A stretch of DNA of 64,000 nucleotides, taken from NCBI RefSeq assembly GCF_003018255.1, contig NZ_CP027440.1. One strand, 5' to 3'. The stretch is from Escherichia coli (GTDB lineage: Bacteria > Pseudomonadota > Gammaproteobacteria > Enterobacterales > Enterobacteriaceae). The translations under genes and the position numbers were made by a program. The stretch's first letter is position 1. Every line of letters starts with the position of its first letter. Positions 55,994 to 64,000 of the stretch are shown here, one piece after another. The notes under the pieces are model-generated. The model worked only from the letters and a program-made list of their open reading frames with translations, did not search any database and was not told the origin of the DNA.

Positions 55994-56068
55994 AAAAAAA
56001 AAGGCAAGGCACGTCAGAAGTAATAATTACTTCAAACATTGCCTTGCCTGATTTAACAGTTACAAGAT
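55994..56068 (-). promoter_or_regulatory. RAT (ribonucleic antiterminator) overlapping an intrinsic terminator in the leader of the antiterminator/PTS operon
   Basis: Minus strand: TCTTGTAACTGTTAAATCAGGCAAGGCA (close to sacB/bgl RAT consensus), whose 3' half GGCAAGGCA pairs with TGCCTTGCC (inner stem GAAGTA/TACTTC), followed by T9 and the start codon. Confidence 0.75.
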
Positions 56069-56118
56069 GATTAACTAATGCGTATACATTACACGGAATT
56101 GTGCTTAATTAAAGAGAT

Positions 56119-56143
56119 GGTCGGCTTATTTTTCAAGCCGACA
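56119..56143 (-). terminator. Hairpin candidate downstream of amiC
   Basis: Stem GTCGGCTT / AAGCCGAC with a 7-nt loop; the following U-tract on the minus strand is interrupted (CATCTCTTTAATT), so it is weak. Confidence 0.3.
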
Positions 56144-56239
56144 TTCAAATATTCGACATCAGTCACAAAACCAGCATCTAATATTCATGAAAATGTTATC
56201 TATTCAACGAAATATAAATTCATTGAATAAATAAAAACA

Positions 56240-57493
56240 TCATCCCCTTCTCGCCAGCGTCGCCCCATCGGCAAAATACGCTTTAATCCCCGCAAGAATA
56301 GACTCCGCAACTTCCTGCTGGAAAGTCGCCGTTTTCAGTTTACGTTCTTCCTCAACGTTACTGATAAACGCCGTTTCGACCAGAATGGAGGGAATATCTG
56401 GTGCCTTTAGTACGGCAAACCCGGCCTGTTCAACTTGATTTTTATGCAGCTTGTTGATTTTACCGAGCTTATTCAGCACCGCTTTACCAAACTTCAGGCT
56501 GTCGGCAATGGTCAGCGACTGCACCATATCGAACATGGTGTGGTCGACATAGCGGTCACCGCTTTTGCTCACGCCACCAATCAAGTCCGAGGCGTTCTGG
56601 GTTTGTGCCAGATATTTTGCCGCAGTACTGGTTGCACCTTTGGTTGAGAGCGCAAACACAGAGGAACCGCTCGGCTGACGACTGGTAAAGGCGTCGGCAT
56701 GGATAGAGACAAACAGGTCAGCACGCTGTTTCTGGGCTTTTGCTACGCGCACTTGCAACGGAATGAAGATGTCTTCATTGCGCGTCATGTACACCTTCAT
56801 ATTGCCCTCTTTCTCGATCAGAGAGCGCAGACGGCGAGCTATTTGCAATACCACGTCTTTTTCGCGCGTTTTGTATTTCCCCACCGCACCGGAGTCTTCG
56901 CCACCGTGGCCAGGGTCAAGCATAATGACAATAGGACGATCGCGCCCTGCTTTACCCGGTTGTGGACCACTTTGTGCTGGCGGCACCTGCTTTTCGAGGT
57001 CGCCTTTGTTGTAATCCTCCAGCAGCGCCAGCAGCGGGTCCTGCATATCCTGTGCATTGGCCGGATAGAGGTCCATCACCAGACGCTCTTTAAACCCGGC
57101 GACCGGCGCAAGGGCAAACAGCTGCGGTTTTACGTTTTGCTTTAATTCAAAAACCATACGTACGGTTTGCGGGTCAAATTGCCCGACGCGCGCCGACTTG
57201 ATGAACGGGTCGTCAGCGCGGATTTGCGCAGCCATCCCCTTGAGTACCGAGTTCAGGTTTACATCTTCGATATCCACCACCACGCGTTCAGGATTACTCA
57301 ACGCGAACTGCTTATATTTCAGCTGACGATTTGATTCTACCGTCACGCGGGTGTAGCTGGACGCAGGCCAGACGCGCACCGCCACGACCTGGCTGACCGC
57401 AGCCAGGCTGACCTGACTTACGCTCAATAGCCACATGGCACCCGCGCCTTGCAGTAAACGACGACGGCTGATTGCAGTGTTGGATCCTGACAT
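56240..57493 (-). CDS. amiC: N-acetylmuramoyl-L-alanine amidase AmiC (Tat-exported, Amidase_3)
   Basis: [31 protein letters not shown] (twin-arginine signal) ...; 417 aa from ATG 57493; the track's 30 upstream codons are a non-native extension. Confidence 0.93.
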
Positions 57494-57724
57494 GCCTCTC
57501 CCGAGCAAAAGAAATCTAAGCTGTGTAACAAGTAAACGACCAATTTGACCGGAAACTTTAGCGAAAGACGCATAATCTGTCATCTATAAAACGGTAAACA
57601 TTCTTTTTATATTCACGGTATTACTGATAAAAAACTCGCTCCCGCATAAAATTTACACTTGCACCCTGCGAAAAAACAGAATAAAAATACAATAATTTCG
57701 AATAATCATGCAAAGAGGTGTACC

Positions 57725-59030
57725 GTGGTAAAGGAACGTAAAACCGAGCTGGTCGAGGGATTCCGCCATTCGGTTCCCTATATCAATACCCACCGGGGAA
57801 AAACATTTGTCATCATGCTCGGCGGTGAAGCCATTGAGCATGAGAATTTCTCCAGTATCGTTAATGATATCGGGTTGTTGCACAGCCTCGGCATCCGTCT
57901 GGTGGTGGTCTATGGCGCACGTCCGCAGATCGACGCAAATCTGGCTGCGCATCACCACGAACCGCTGTATCACAAGAATATACGTGTGACCGACGCCAAA
58001 ACACTGGAACTGGTGAAGCAGGCTGCGGGAACATTGCAACTGGATATTACTGCTCGCCTGTCGATGAGTCTCAATAACACGCCGCTACAGGGCGCGCATA
58101 TCAACGTCGTCAGTGGCAATTTTATTATCGCCCAGCCGCTGGGCGTCGATGACGGCGTGGATTACTGCCATAGCGGGCGTATCCGGCGGATTGATGAAGA
58201 CGCGATCCATCGTCAACTGGACAGCGGTGCAATAGTGCTAATGGGGCCGGTCGCTGTTTCAGTCACTGGCGAGAGCTTTAATCTGACCTCGGAAGAGATT
58301 GCCACTCAACTGGCCATCAAACTGAAAGCTGAAAAGATGATTGGTTTTTGCTCTTCCCAGGGCGTCACTAATGACGACGGTGATATTGTCTCCGAACTTT
58401 TCCCTAACGAAGCGCAAGCACGGGTAGAAGCCCAGGAAGAGAAAGGTGATTACAACTCCGGTACGGTGCGCTTTTTGCGTGGCGCAGTGAAAGCCTGCCG
58501 CAGCGGCGTGCGTCGCTGTCATTTAATCAGTTATCAGGAAGATGGCGCGCTATTGCAAGAGTTGTTCTCACGCGACGGTATCGGTACGCAGATTGTGATG
58601 GAAAGCGCCGAGCAGATTCGTCGCGCAACAATCAACGATATTGGCGGTATTCTGGAGTTGATTCGCCCGCTGGAGCAGCAAGGTATTCTGGTACGCCGTT
58701 CTCGCGAGCAGCTAGAGATGGAAATCGACAAATTCACCATTATTCAGCGCGATAACACGACTATTGCCTGCGCCGCGCTCTATCCGTTCCCGGAAGAGAA
58801 GATTGGGGAAATGGCCTGTGTGGCAGTTCACCCGGATTACCGCAGCTCATCAAGGGGCGAGGTTCTGCTGGAACGCATTGCCGCTCAGGCGAAGCAGAGC
58901 GGCTTAAGCAAATTGTTTGTGCTGACCACGCGCAGTATTCACTGGTTCCAGGAACGTGGATTTACCCCGGTGGATATTGATTTACTCCCCGAGAGCAAAA
59001 AGCAGTTGTACAACTACCAGCGTAAATCCA

Positions 59031-59056
<26 letters not shown>
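57725..59056 (+). CDS. argA: Amino-acid N-acetyltransferase (N-acetylglutamate synthase)
   Basis: Start at GTG 57725 ([33 protein letters not shown]...), 443 aa; the track extension from 57659 is non-native. Confidence 0.93.
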
Positions 59057-59259
<203 letters not shown>

Positions 59260-59293
59260 CAGGACGCGCATGCGTCGCATCAGGCAATCACGT

Positions 59294-61120
59294 TTATTCC
59301 CGCGAACTAAACAATGCCGCCAGACCACTGCGCCGCTCAGTGCGCGTGGCAATTGCCGCACTTAAAATGCGCTCATCGGCATACAGCGACAGACGGCGAC
59401 GCGCGCGGGTCACTGCGGTGTAAACCAGCTCTCGCGTTACTACCGGCGTGCGTTGACTCGGTAAAATCAACGCCGCATGGTCGAACTCCGATCCCTGCGA
59501 TTTATGTACCGTCATCGCCCACGTCGTTTCGTGCTCTGGCAGGCGACTCGGTTGCACAGACTTAATATTGCCGTCCGGCATCGCAAACCAAACGCGCGTC
59601 CCCTGCCCGCGATCCAGCGCAATACCGATATCGCCATTAAACAACCCAAGCGCGCTGTCATTACGGGCAATCATCACCGGTCGGCCTTCGTACCAACGAG
59701 AGTGCGGATTACGATGAATTTTGCGCTTCTGTTGCATAAACTGCTCAATTCGCTCATTCAGTCCAGCCACGCCAAACGGCCCTTCCCGCAGGGCGCACAA
59801 AAGCTGGTACTCATTGAACGCCTGAATGATTAAATCCGGCTCGGCACGCGCTTGCAGCAGATCCAGATAACGCCCGTAACCCGCAAGAGCCTCCTCAAGC
59901 ATCGCAATATAGTCTTCGCCGCTCTGTAAGAGCCGTTTTTCGATATCAGTAAAATCCTGCTGAAAAACGGTTTTCACTGCCGTTTTATCACCACGGTTGA
60001 TCGCCGCAGCTAACTGACCAATGCCAGAATCGCTGCCGAAACGATAGCTTTTTTGCAGCAGGCAGAGACTGTCGCGCAAAGATGCCGCTTCTGTGCCAGT
60101 TCCTGACGGAACGTGAGTTCCCGTCAGGCGGCTCAACTGCCCGGCACGCTCGGCGGTAAAGCCCGCGTTGGCATAAGCGCAGATATCGCCCAGCACAGCT
60201 CCAGCCTCAACTGAGGCCAGTTGATCGCGATCACCGAGGAAGATCACTCGCGCATGATCGGGCAACGCATCGATCAGGCGCGACATCATGGGGAGATCGA
60301 TCATTGACGCTTCATCCACCACCAGCACATCAAGATGCAGCGGGTTACCGGCATGATGACGTAAACGCTGGCTACCCGGCTGCGCACCCAGCAATCGGTG
60401 CAAAGTGCTGGCATCTTCCGGAATGCGTTTCTTTTGTTCATCGGTCAGCGGTAACTGGCGCAAAGCCTTGCCGAGAGATTCGGTTAAGCGCGCGGCAGCT
60501 TTACCCGTTGGTGCAGCCAGACGGATACGGCAGCGTTCGCCGTCTGCCATTTGAATTAACGCTGCCAGCAACTTCGCTACGGTGGTCGTTTTACCGGTGC
60601 CAGGGCCGCCGGAAATCACCGAGATCCGCCGCGTCAGCGCCACTGCCGCCGCCACTTTTTGCCAGTTAATTTCATCGCTTACTGGAAAAAGTTTGTCCAG
60701 GGTTTGCGCCAGTAGAGCTTCATCAACCTCAATGGCATGATTCACTTCGTTGAAAAAGCGTGCCACTGTGCGCTCGTTACACCACATGCGATTCAAATAA
60801 AGACGATCACCACAGAGGATCATCGGCGTTGGTTCATCTCCCCGGCTGACCGCTTGTGAAGCCAGCAAGCATTCTTCCCAATTTTGTAACTCACCGATTT
60901 CGCTGACGCAGGTTGCTAACAGCGGATGTGACGCCTCGTTATTTTCCAGTCGTGAGAGCGGTAAACAGACATGCCCTTCCCCGGCGTCGTGGCTTAACAG
61001 GGCTGCCGCGAGGGTGACGGCAGGATGTTCATCTCCCGCCACGGTCAGGGCAAATTGCACATCCAGCGGGCGTAACTGTTTGTGCTCCACAGCTTCCAGT
61101 AATTGCTTTTGCAATTTCAT
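59294..61120 (-). CDS. recD: Exodeoxyribonuclease V alpha subunit (RecD helicase)
   Basis: 608 aa with Walker [12 protein letters not shown]; start overlaps the recB stop (TAATG). Confidence 0.95.
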   Translation of the reverse strand: MKLQKQLLEAVEHKQLRPLDVQFALTVAGDEHPAVTLAAALLSHDAGEGHVCLPLSRLENNEASHPLLATCVSEIGELQNWEECLLASQAVSRGDEPTPMILCGDRLYLNRMWCNERTVARFFNEVNHAIEVDEALLAQTLDKLFPVSDEINWQKVAAAVALTRRISVISGGPGTGKTTTVAKLLAALIQMADGERCRIRLAAPTGKAAARLTESLGKALRQLPLTDEQKKRIPEDASTLHRLLGAQPGSQRLRHHAGNPLHLDVLVVDEASMIDLPMMSRLIDALPDHARVIFLGDRDQLASVEAGAVLGDICAYANAGFTAERAGQLSRLTGTHVPSGTGTEAASLRDSLCLLQKSYRFGSDSGIGQLAAAINRGDKTAVKTVFQQDFTDIEKRLLQSGEDYIAMLEEALAGYGRYLDLLQARAEPDLIIQAFNEYQLLCALREGPFGVAGLNERIEQFMQQKRKIHRNPHSRWYEGRPVMIARNDSALGLFNGDIGIALDRGQGTRVWFAMPDGNIKSVQPSRLPEHETTWAMTVHKSQGSEFDHAALILPSQRTPVVTRELVYTAVTRARRRLSLYADERILSAAIATRTERRSGLAALFSSRE

Positions 61121-63999
61121 TACGCCTCCTCCAGGGTGATACCGGCAAACATCTCATCCATCAGGTCAATCAACCCGGCGTTGGGTCGGGTCGCGTAGAT
61201 CCCTTGTTGCGGATGTTCTTTATCAACACCACGCAGGAACAGATAAATAACGCCGCCAAAGTGGCGCTCATAGTCGTAATCAGCAATGCGATGGCGCAGA
61301 TAACGGTGCAGCGCCAGGGTATAAAGCTGATATTGCAGATCATAGCGGTGTGCCTGCATTGCCGCTGCCATAGCCTGTTGGGTGTAAGCAGAACTGTCTT
61401 CACCCAACCAGTTGGATTTATAGTCGAGCAGGTAATAACGCCCTTCGTGGCGGAACACCAGGTCAATAAAGCCTTTTAACATGCCGCGTACCTGCATGAA
61501 CTCCAGCGGCGGGCAGCCAGCGGATAGCGAGTCAAACTGGCGAATTAGTGCATCAAGCTGGCTGGCGATGAGCGGTTCGCTAATCGGCAGGTAAAACTCC
61601 ATCTCCACCTGTTTATCGCGGTCGGAAAGCTGACTCAGGCTAACACCCGTTTCATTGAGAGGTGCCTGGAGGACAGCCGTGATCCACTCGGTCAACACCG
61701 GTTCCCACTGCGATTCAAAGCCGCCGAGTTCCAGTTTTTCCTGTACCCAGTTCGGGTCAACCGGCTGGGTAAAATCGAGGTCTTCAAACAAACTGTGCAA
61801 GAATGTCCCCGGTGACGCACCGCGCGGGAACTGATGCGGTGTTAACGTCGGTTCGTCAACGACGCTGACCACGCCTGCGGCATCAACATCCAGCCGTGGC
61901 ATCAGATCCTGAGCGATACCGTGACCACGCTGCTGCAAACCGGAGTAGCTGGTGACACGCCAGTTATCGCCGGGCAATCGTTGTAGCGTCCTCGCATTCA
62001 GTTCTGCAGTTATAGCATCATTAACCTGCCAGGGCTGGTTATCACCAGTTTGTGCCGTTTGCCAGGCAATATCATCATCGCATAACGCTTCAATACAGGT
62101 GCGAAGCCCTGCCGCATCTTGCGGTTCCCCTTTTTGCAGCAAACGCCCGAGCGCACTTTGGTGGACGTCGGTGTCACCTTTTTTATCGCCACGACGGCGC
62201 ACCAGCGGTGCAACGCCGAGACTGCAATGCCAAACCGAACGCGTCAGCGCCACGTAAAGCAAACGCAGATCTTCCGCCAGACGTTCGGCCTCCGCGAGAT
62301 CGACGCTTTCTGGCGCAGCATTAAGATCCAGAACAGCCTCAAACGAGTGGCGATCGTGATAGAACGCCTGATCCTGGACGCGGAAATTGGTAATAAATGG
62401 CAACCAGACCAGCGGATATTCCAGCCCTTTTGATTTATGGATCGTGACAATCTGCACCAGATGTTTATCACTTTCGAGGCGCATTTGTTGGCTGGAGGCA
62501 TTACTGTCTGGCTCGAGGATATGTTGCGATAACCAGCGTACCAGCGCATGTTCACTTTCCAGCTGCGTTCCGGCTTCTTGTAGCAATTCGCTGATATGCA
62601 AGATATCGGTAAGACGCCGCTCACCGCCTGCTGTTGCCAGCAAGTTTTCTGCAATGTTACGCGCCGACATCAGCGCCCGCAGCATCGGCATAACGCCACG
62701 TTTGCGCCAGATTTGCCGATAACCATCGAACTCTTCGACGACCGCATCCCACGCATGTTCGTCATTATTCAGCGTTTCAATATCCAGCGCATTCAGCCCC
62801 ATCATTGACGTTGCCAGCGCACTGCGCAGGGTGTTCTCACGTTCGGGAGTCATCACCGCCTGCAACAGCCAAAGCATCTCCTGCGCTTCCAGAGTTTCAA
62901 AAACACTGTCGCGGTTCGAAAGGTAAACGGAAGGGATTTCCAGCAGCATTAAGGCATCGCGCACCTGGGCGGCCTCCTGGCGGCTGCGCACCAGCACACT
63001 GATGTCCGAAGCACGCACCGGACGCGCGTCGTCGCCGTTCATCAGCAACGCTTCGCCCCGCTGTCCGGCTTGTAGCCAGTCGCGGATTTGCGCAGCACAT
63101 ACCTGCGCCATGGTACTTTGATAGTCGCCAACGCCGCAGCTTTCGCCTTCCATCAGCCACATTTTCATCGCAGGCTGCGTTTCACCTTTAAACACAAAAC
63201 GTAACGCCTGATTTTTGCCGGCAGATTTCACAGGAATAAACGGTATTTCACGAAACATGAACGCGTCATCAGTCTGGCTGAAAAGTTTGTTAACGCTGTT
63301 CACCATTCCCGGTGCGGAACGCCAGTTGGTATCTAAGGTGTAGTGAGCATGAACTTCGCTACGCGCCTTCATATAAGTGAAGATATCCGCACCCCGGAAT
63401 GCATAAATAGCCTGTTTCGGGTCGCCAATCAGCAACAATGCGGTTTCCGGCTGATGGTGCCAGATACGGCGAAAAATTCGATACTGCTGGGGGTCGGTAT
63501 CCTGAAATTCATCGATCATTGCCACCGGGAATCGCGTACGGATCGCCGCTGCCAATACCTCGCCGCTTTCACTACGCAGCGCGGAATCGAGCCGACTTAA
63601 CATGTCATCAAAACCCAATTCGCCACGGCGGCGTTTTTCACGCGCTACTGTTTCGCGGATCTCAGCCAATGCGCTGGTGATCACCAGATCGCGGATCGAC
63701 AATGGTTCTGCAAGCAGTTGATCGATCGCCTCAAACAGTGGATGTCGCGGGGTTTCCCCCCCGGCTTTCGTGCGATCTTCTAAGAAACGCTGAGAGAATT
63801 TTTCCAGCGACTCCGGCAACTGATAGCTGTTGGTCTCTTCTTCTGCCCAGGCGCTGATCTTGTCGATCCATTTAGCCTGATTGCTACGGTTAAACTTGCG
63901 TCGATCAATACCAGAAGATTCGATCAGCGCATCCAGTTCACCCACTGCGTCGCGCCACTGCTGTTTTACGGCATCAATACGCGCCACAATTTGCGCGTG
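61120..63999 (-). CDS. recB: Exodeoxyribonuclease V beta subunit (RecB), C-terminal about 960 codons; N-terminus lies beyond the window end
   Basis: Open frame with no stop to the window edge; UvrD-like helicase and nuclease-domain sequence. The track's Met at 63987 is internal. Confidence 0.93.
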   Translation of the reverse strand, partial: HAQIVARIDAVKQQWRDAVGELDALIESSGIDRRKFNRSNQAKWIDKISAWAEEETNSYQLPESLEKFSQRFLEDRTKAGGETPRHPLFEAIDQLLAEPLSIRDLVITSALAEIRETVAREKRRRGELGFDDMLSRLDSALRSESGEVLAAAIRTRFPVAMIDEFQDTDPQQYRIFRRIWHHQPETALLLIGDPKQAIYAFRGADIFTYMKARSEVHAHYTLDTNWRSAPGMVNSVNKLFSQTDDAFMFREIPFIPVKSAGKNQALRFVFKGETQPAMKMWLMEGESCGVGDYQSTMAQVCAAQIRDWLQAGQRGEALLMNGDDARPVRASDISVLVRSRQEAAQVRDALMLLEIPSVYLSNRDSVFETLEAQEMLWLLQAVMTPERENTLRSALATSMMGLNALDIETLNNDEHAWDAVVEEFDGYRQIWRKRGVMPMLRALMSARNIAENLLATAGGERRLTDILHISELLQEAGTQLESEHALVRWLSQHILEPDSNASSQQMRLESDKHLVQIVTIHKSKGLEYPLVWLPFITNFRVQDQAFYHDRHSFEAVLDLNAAPESVDLAEAERLAEDLRLLYVALTRSVWHCSLGVAPLVRRRGDKKGDTDVHQSALGRLLQKGEPQDAAGLRTCIEALCDDDIAWQTAQTGDNQPWQVNDAITAELNARTLQRLPGDNWRVTSYSGLQQRGHGIAQDLMPRLDVDAAGVVSVVDEPTLTPHQFPRGASPGTFLHSLFEDLDFTQPVDPNWVQEKLELGGFESQWEPVLTEWITAVLQAPLNETGVSLSQLSDRDKQVEMEFYLPISEPLIASQLDALIRQFDSLSAGCPPLEFMQVRGMLKGFIDLVFRHEGRYYLLDYKSNWLGEDSSAYTQQAMAAAMQAHRYDLQYQLYTLALHRYLRHRIADYDYERHFGGVIYLFLRGVDKEHPQQGIYATRPNAGLIDLMDEMFAGITLEEA

Positions 64000-64000
64000 G

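Larger units (their letters stand above)
23544..56230. mobile_element. metV-associated genomic island (T6SS module plus PTS/antiterminator module); boundaries approximate, no integrase present
   Basis: All genes between the third tRNA-fMet and amiC are absent from the K-12 gene order as I recall it (metV directly followed by amiC). The tRNA 3' end is duplicated at 50661-50701. AT-rich patches mark cargo cassettes. Confidence 0.8.

Noticed and set aside
55983-56039. 19-codon N-terminal extension of the antiterminator ORF (MFEVIITSDVPCLFFWSHG)
   Set aside because: This stretch is the RAT/terminator leader; the real start is ATG 55982, directly before the CAT-domain sequence.
23544-56230. Search for integrase, transposase, IS elements or prophage genes in the island
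   Set aside because: No ORF with recombinase or transposase features was found, so the island is called by junctions, direct repeats and composition only.
57494-57724. N-terminal extensions of amiC (to 57583) and argA (from 57659)
   Set aside because: The known proteins start at MSGSNTAIS (twin-arginine signal) and at [11 protein letters not shown] respectively; the extensions are upstream read-through.
63987-63999. Met at 63987 as the recB start
   Set aside because: RecB is far longer than the 955 aa this would give; the frame stays open to the window edge, so this is an internal methionine of a truncated gene.

Overview
This is an Escherichia coli chromosomal segment with a K-12-like backbone interrupted by about 32.6 kb of accessory DNA at the metZ-metW-metV tRNA array. 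Backbone, in order: yqcC (partial), csrB sRNA, syd, queF, ppnN, sdaC, sdaB, xni, fucO, fucA, fucPIKUR, rlmM, ygdD, gcvA, gcvB sRNA, ygdI, csdA, csdE, tcdA, mltA, three tandem initiator tRNA-Met genes, then amiC, argA, recD and recB (partial). The accessory DNA lies between the third tRNA (ends 23543) and amiC (56240) and has two modules separated by a 41-bp direct repeat of the tRNA 3' end; no integrase or transposase is present. Module 1 (about 24.2-50.5 kb) is a complete type VI secretion system: tssB, tssC, tssK, tssL, tagL, hcp, clpV, vgrG, tssM, tssA, a PAAR protein, tssF, tssG, tssJ, tssE and a tagA-like gene. It carries two AT-rich candidate effector/immunity cassettes: an Amidase_2-fold protein with a signal-peptide partner downstream of vgrG, and a PAAR-HExxH protein with a lipoprotein-like partner whose signal peptide is broken by a T8 homopolymer. 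Module 2 (50.7-56.1 kb, minus strand) is a sugar-utilisation operon: a BglG/SacY-type antiterminator with a RAT-plus-terminator leader, a glucose-family PTS EIICB, a MalY-like lyase, a SIS-domain protein and a 2-hydroxyacid dehydrogenase. All identifications rest on reading the translations and on recalled family knowledge; no database search was run. Start codons were adjusted by hand where the ORF track over-extends.
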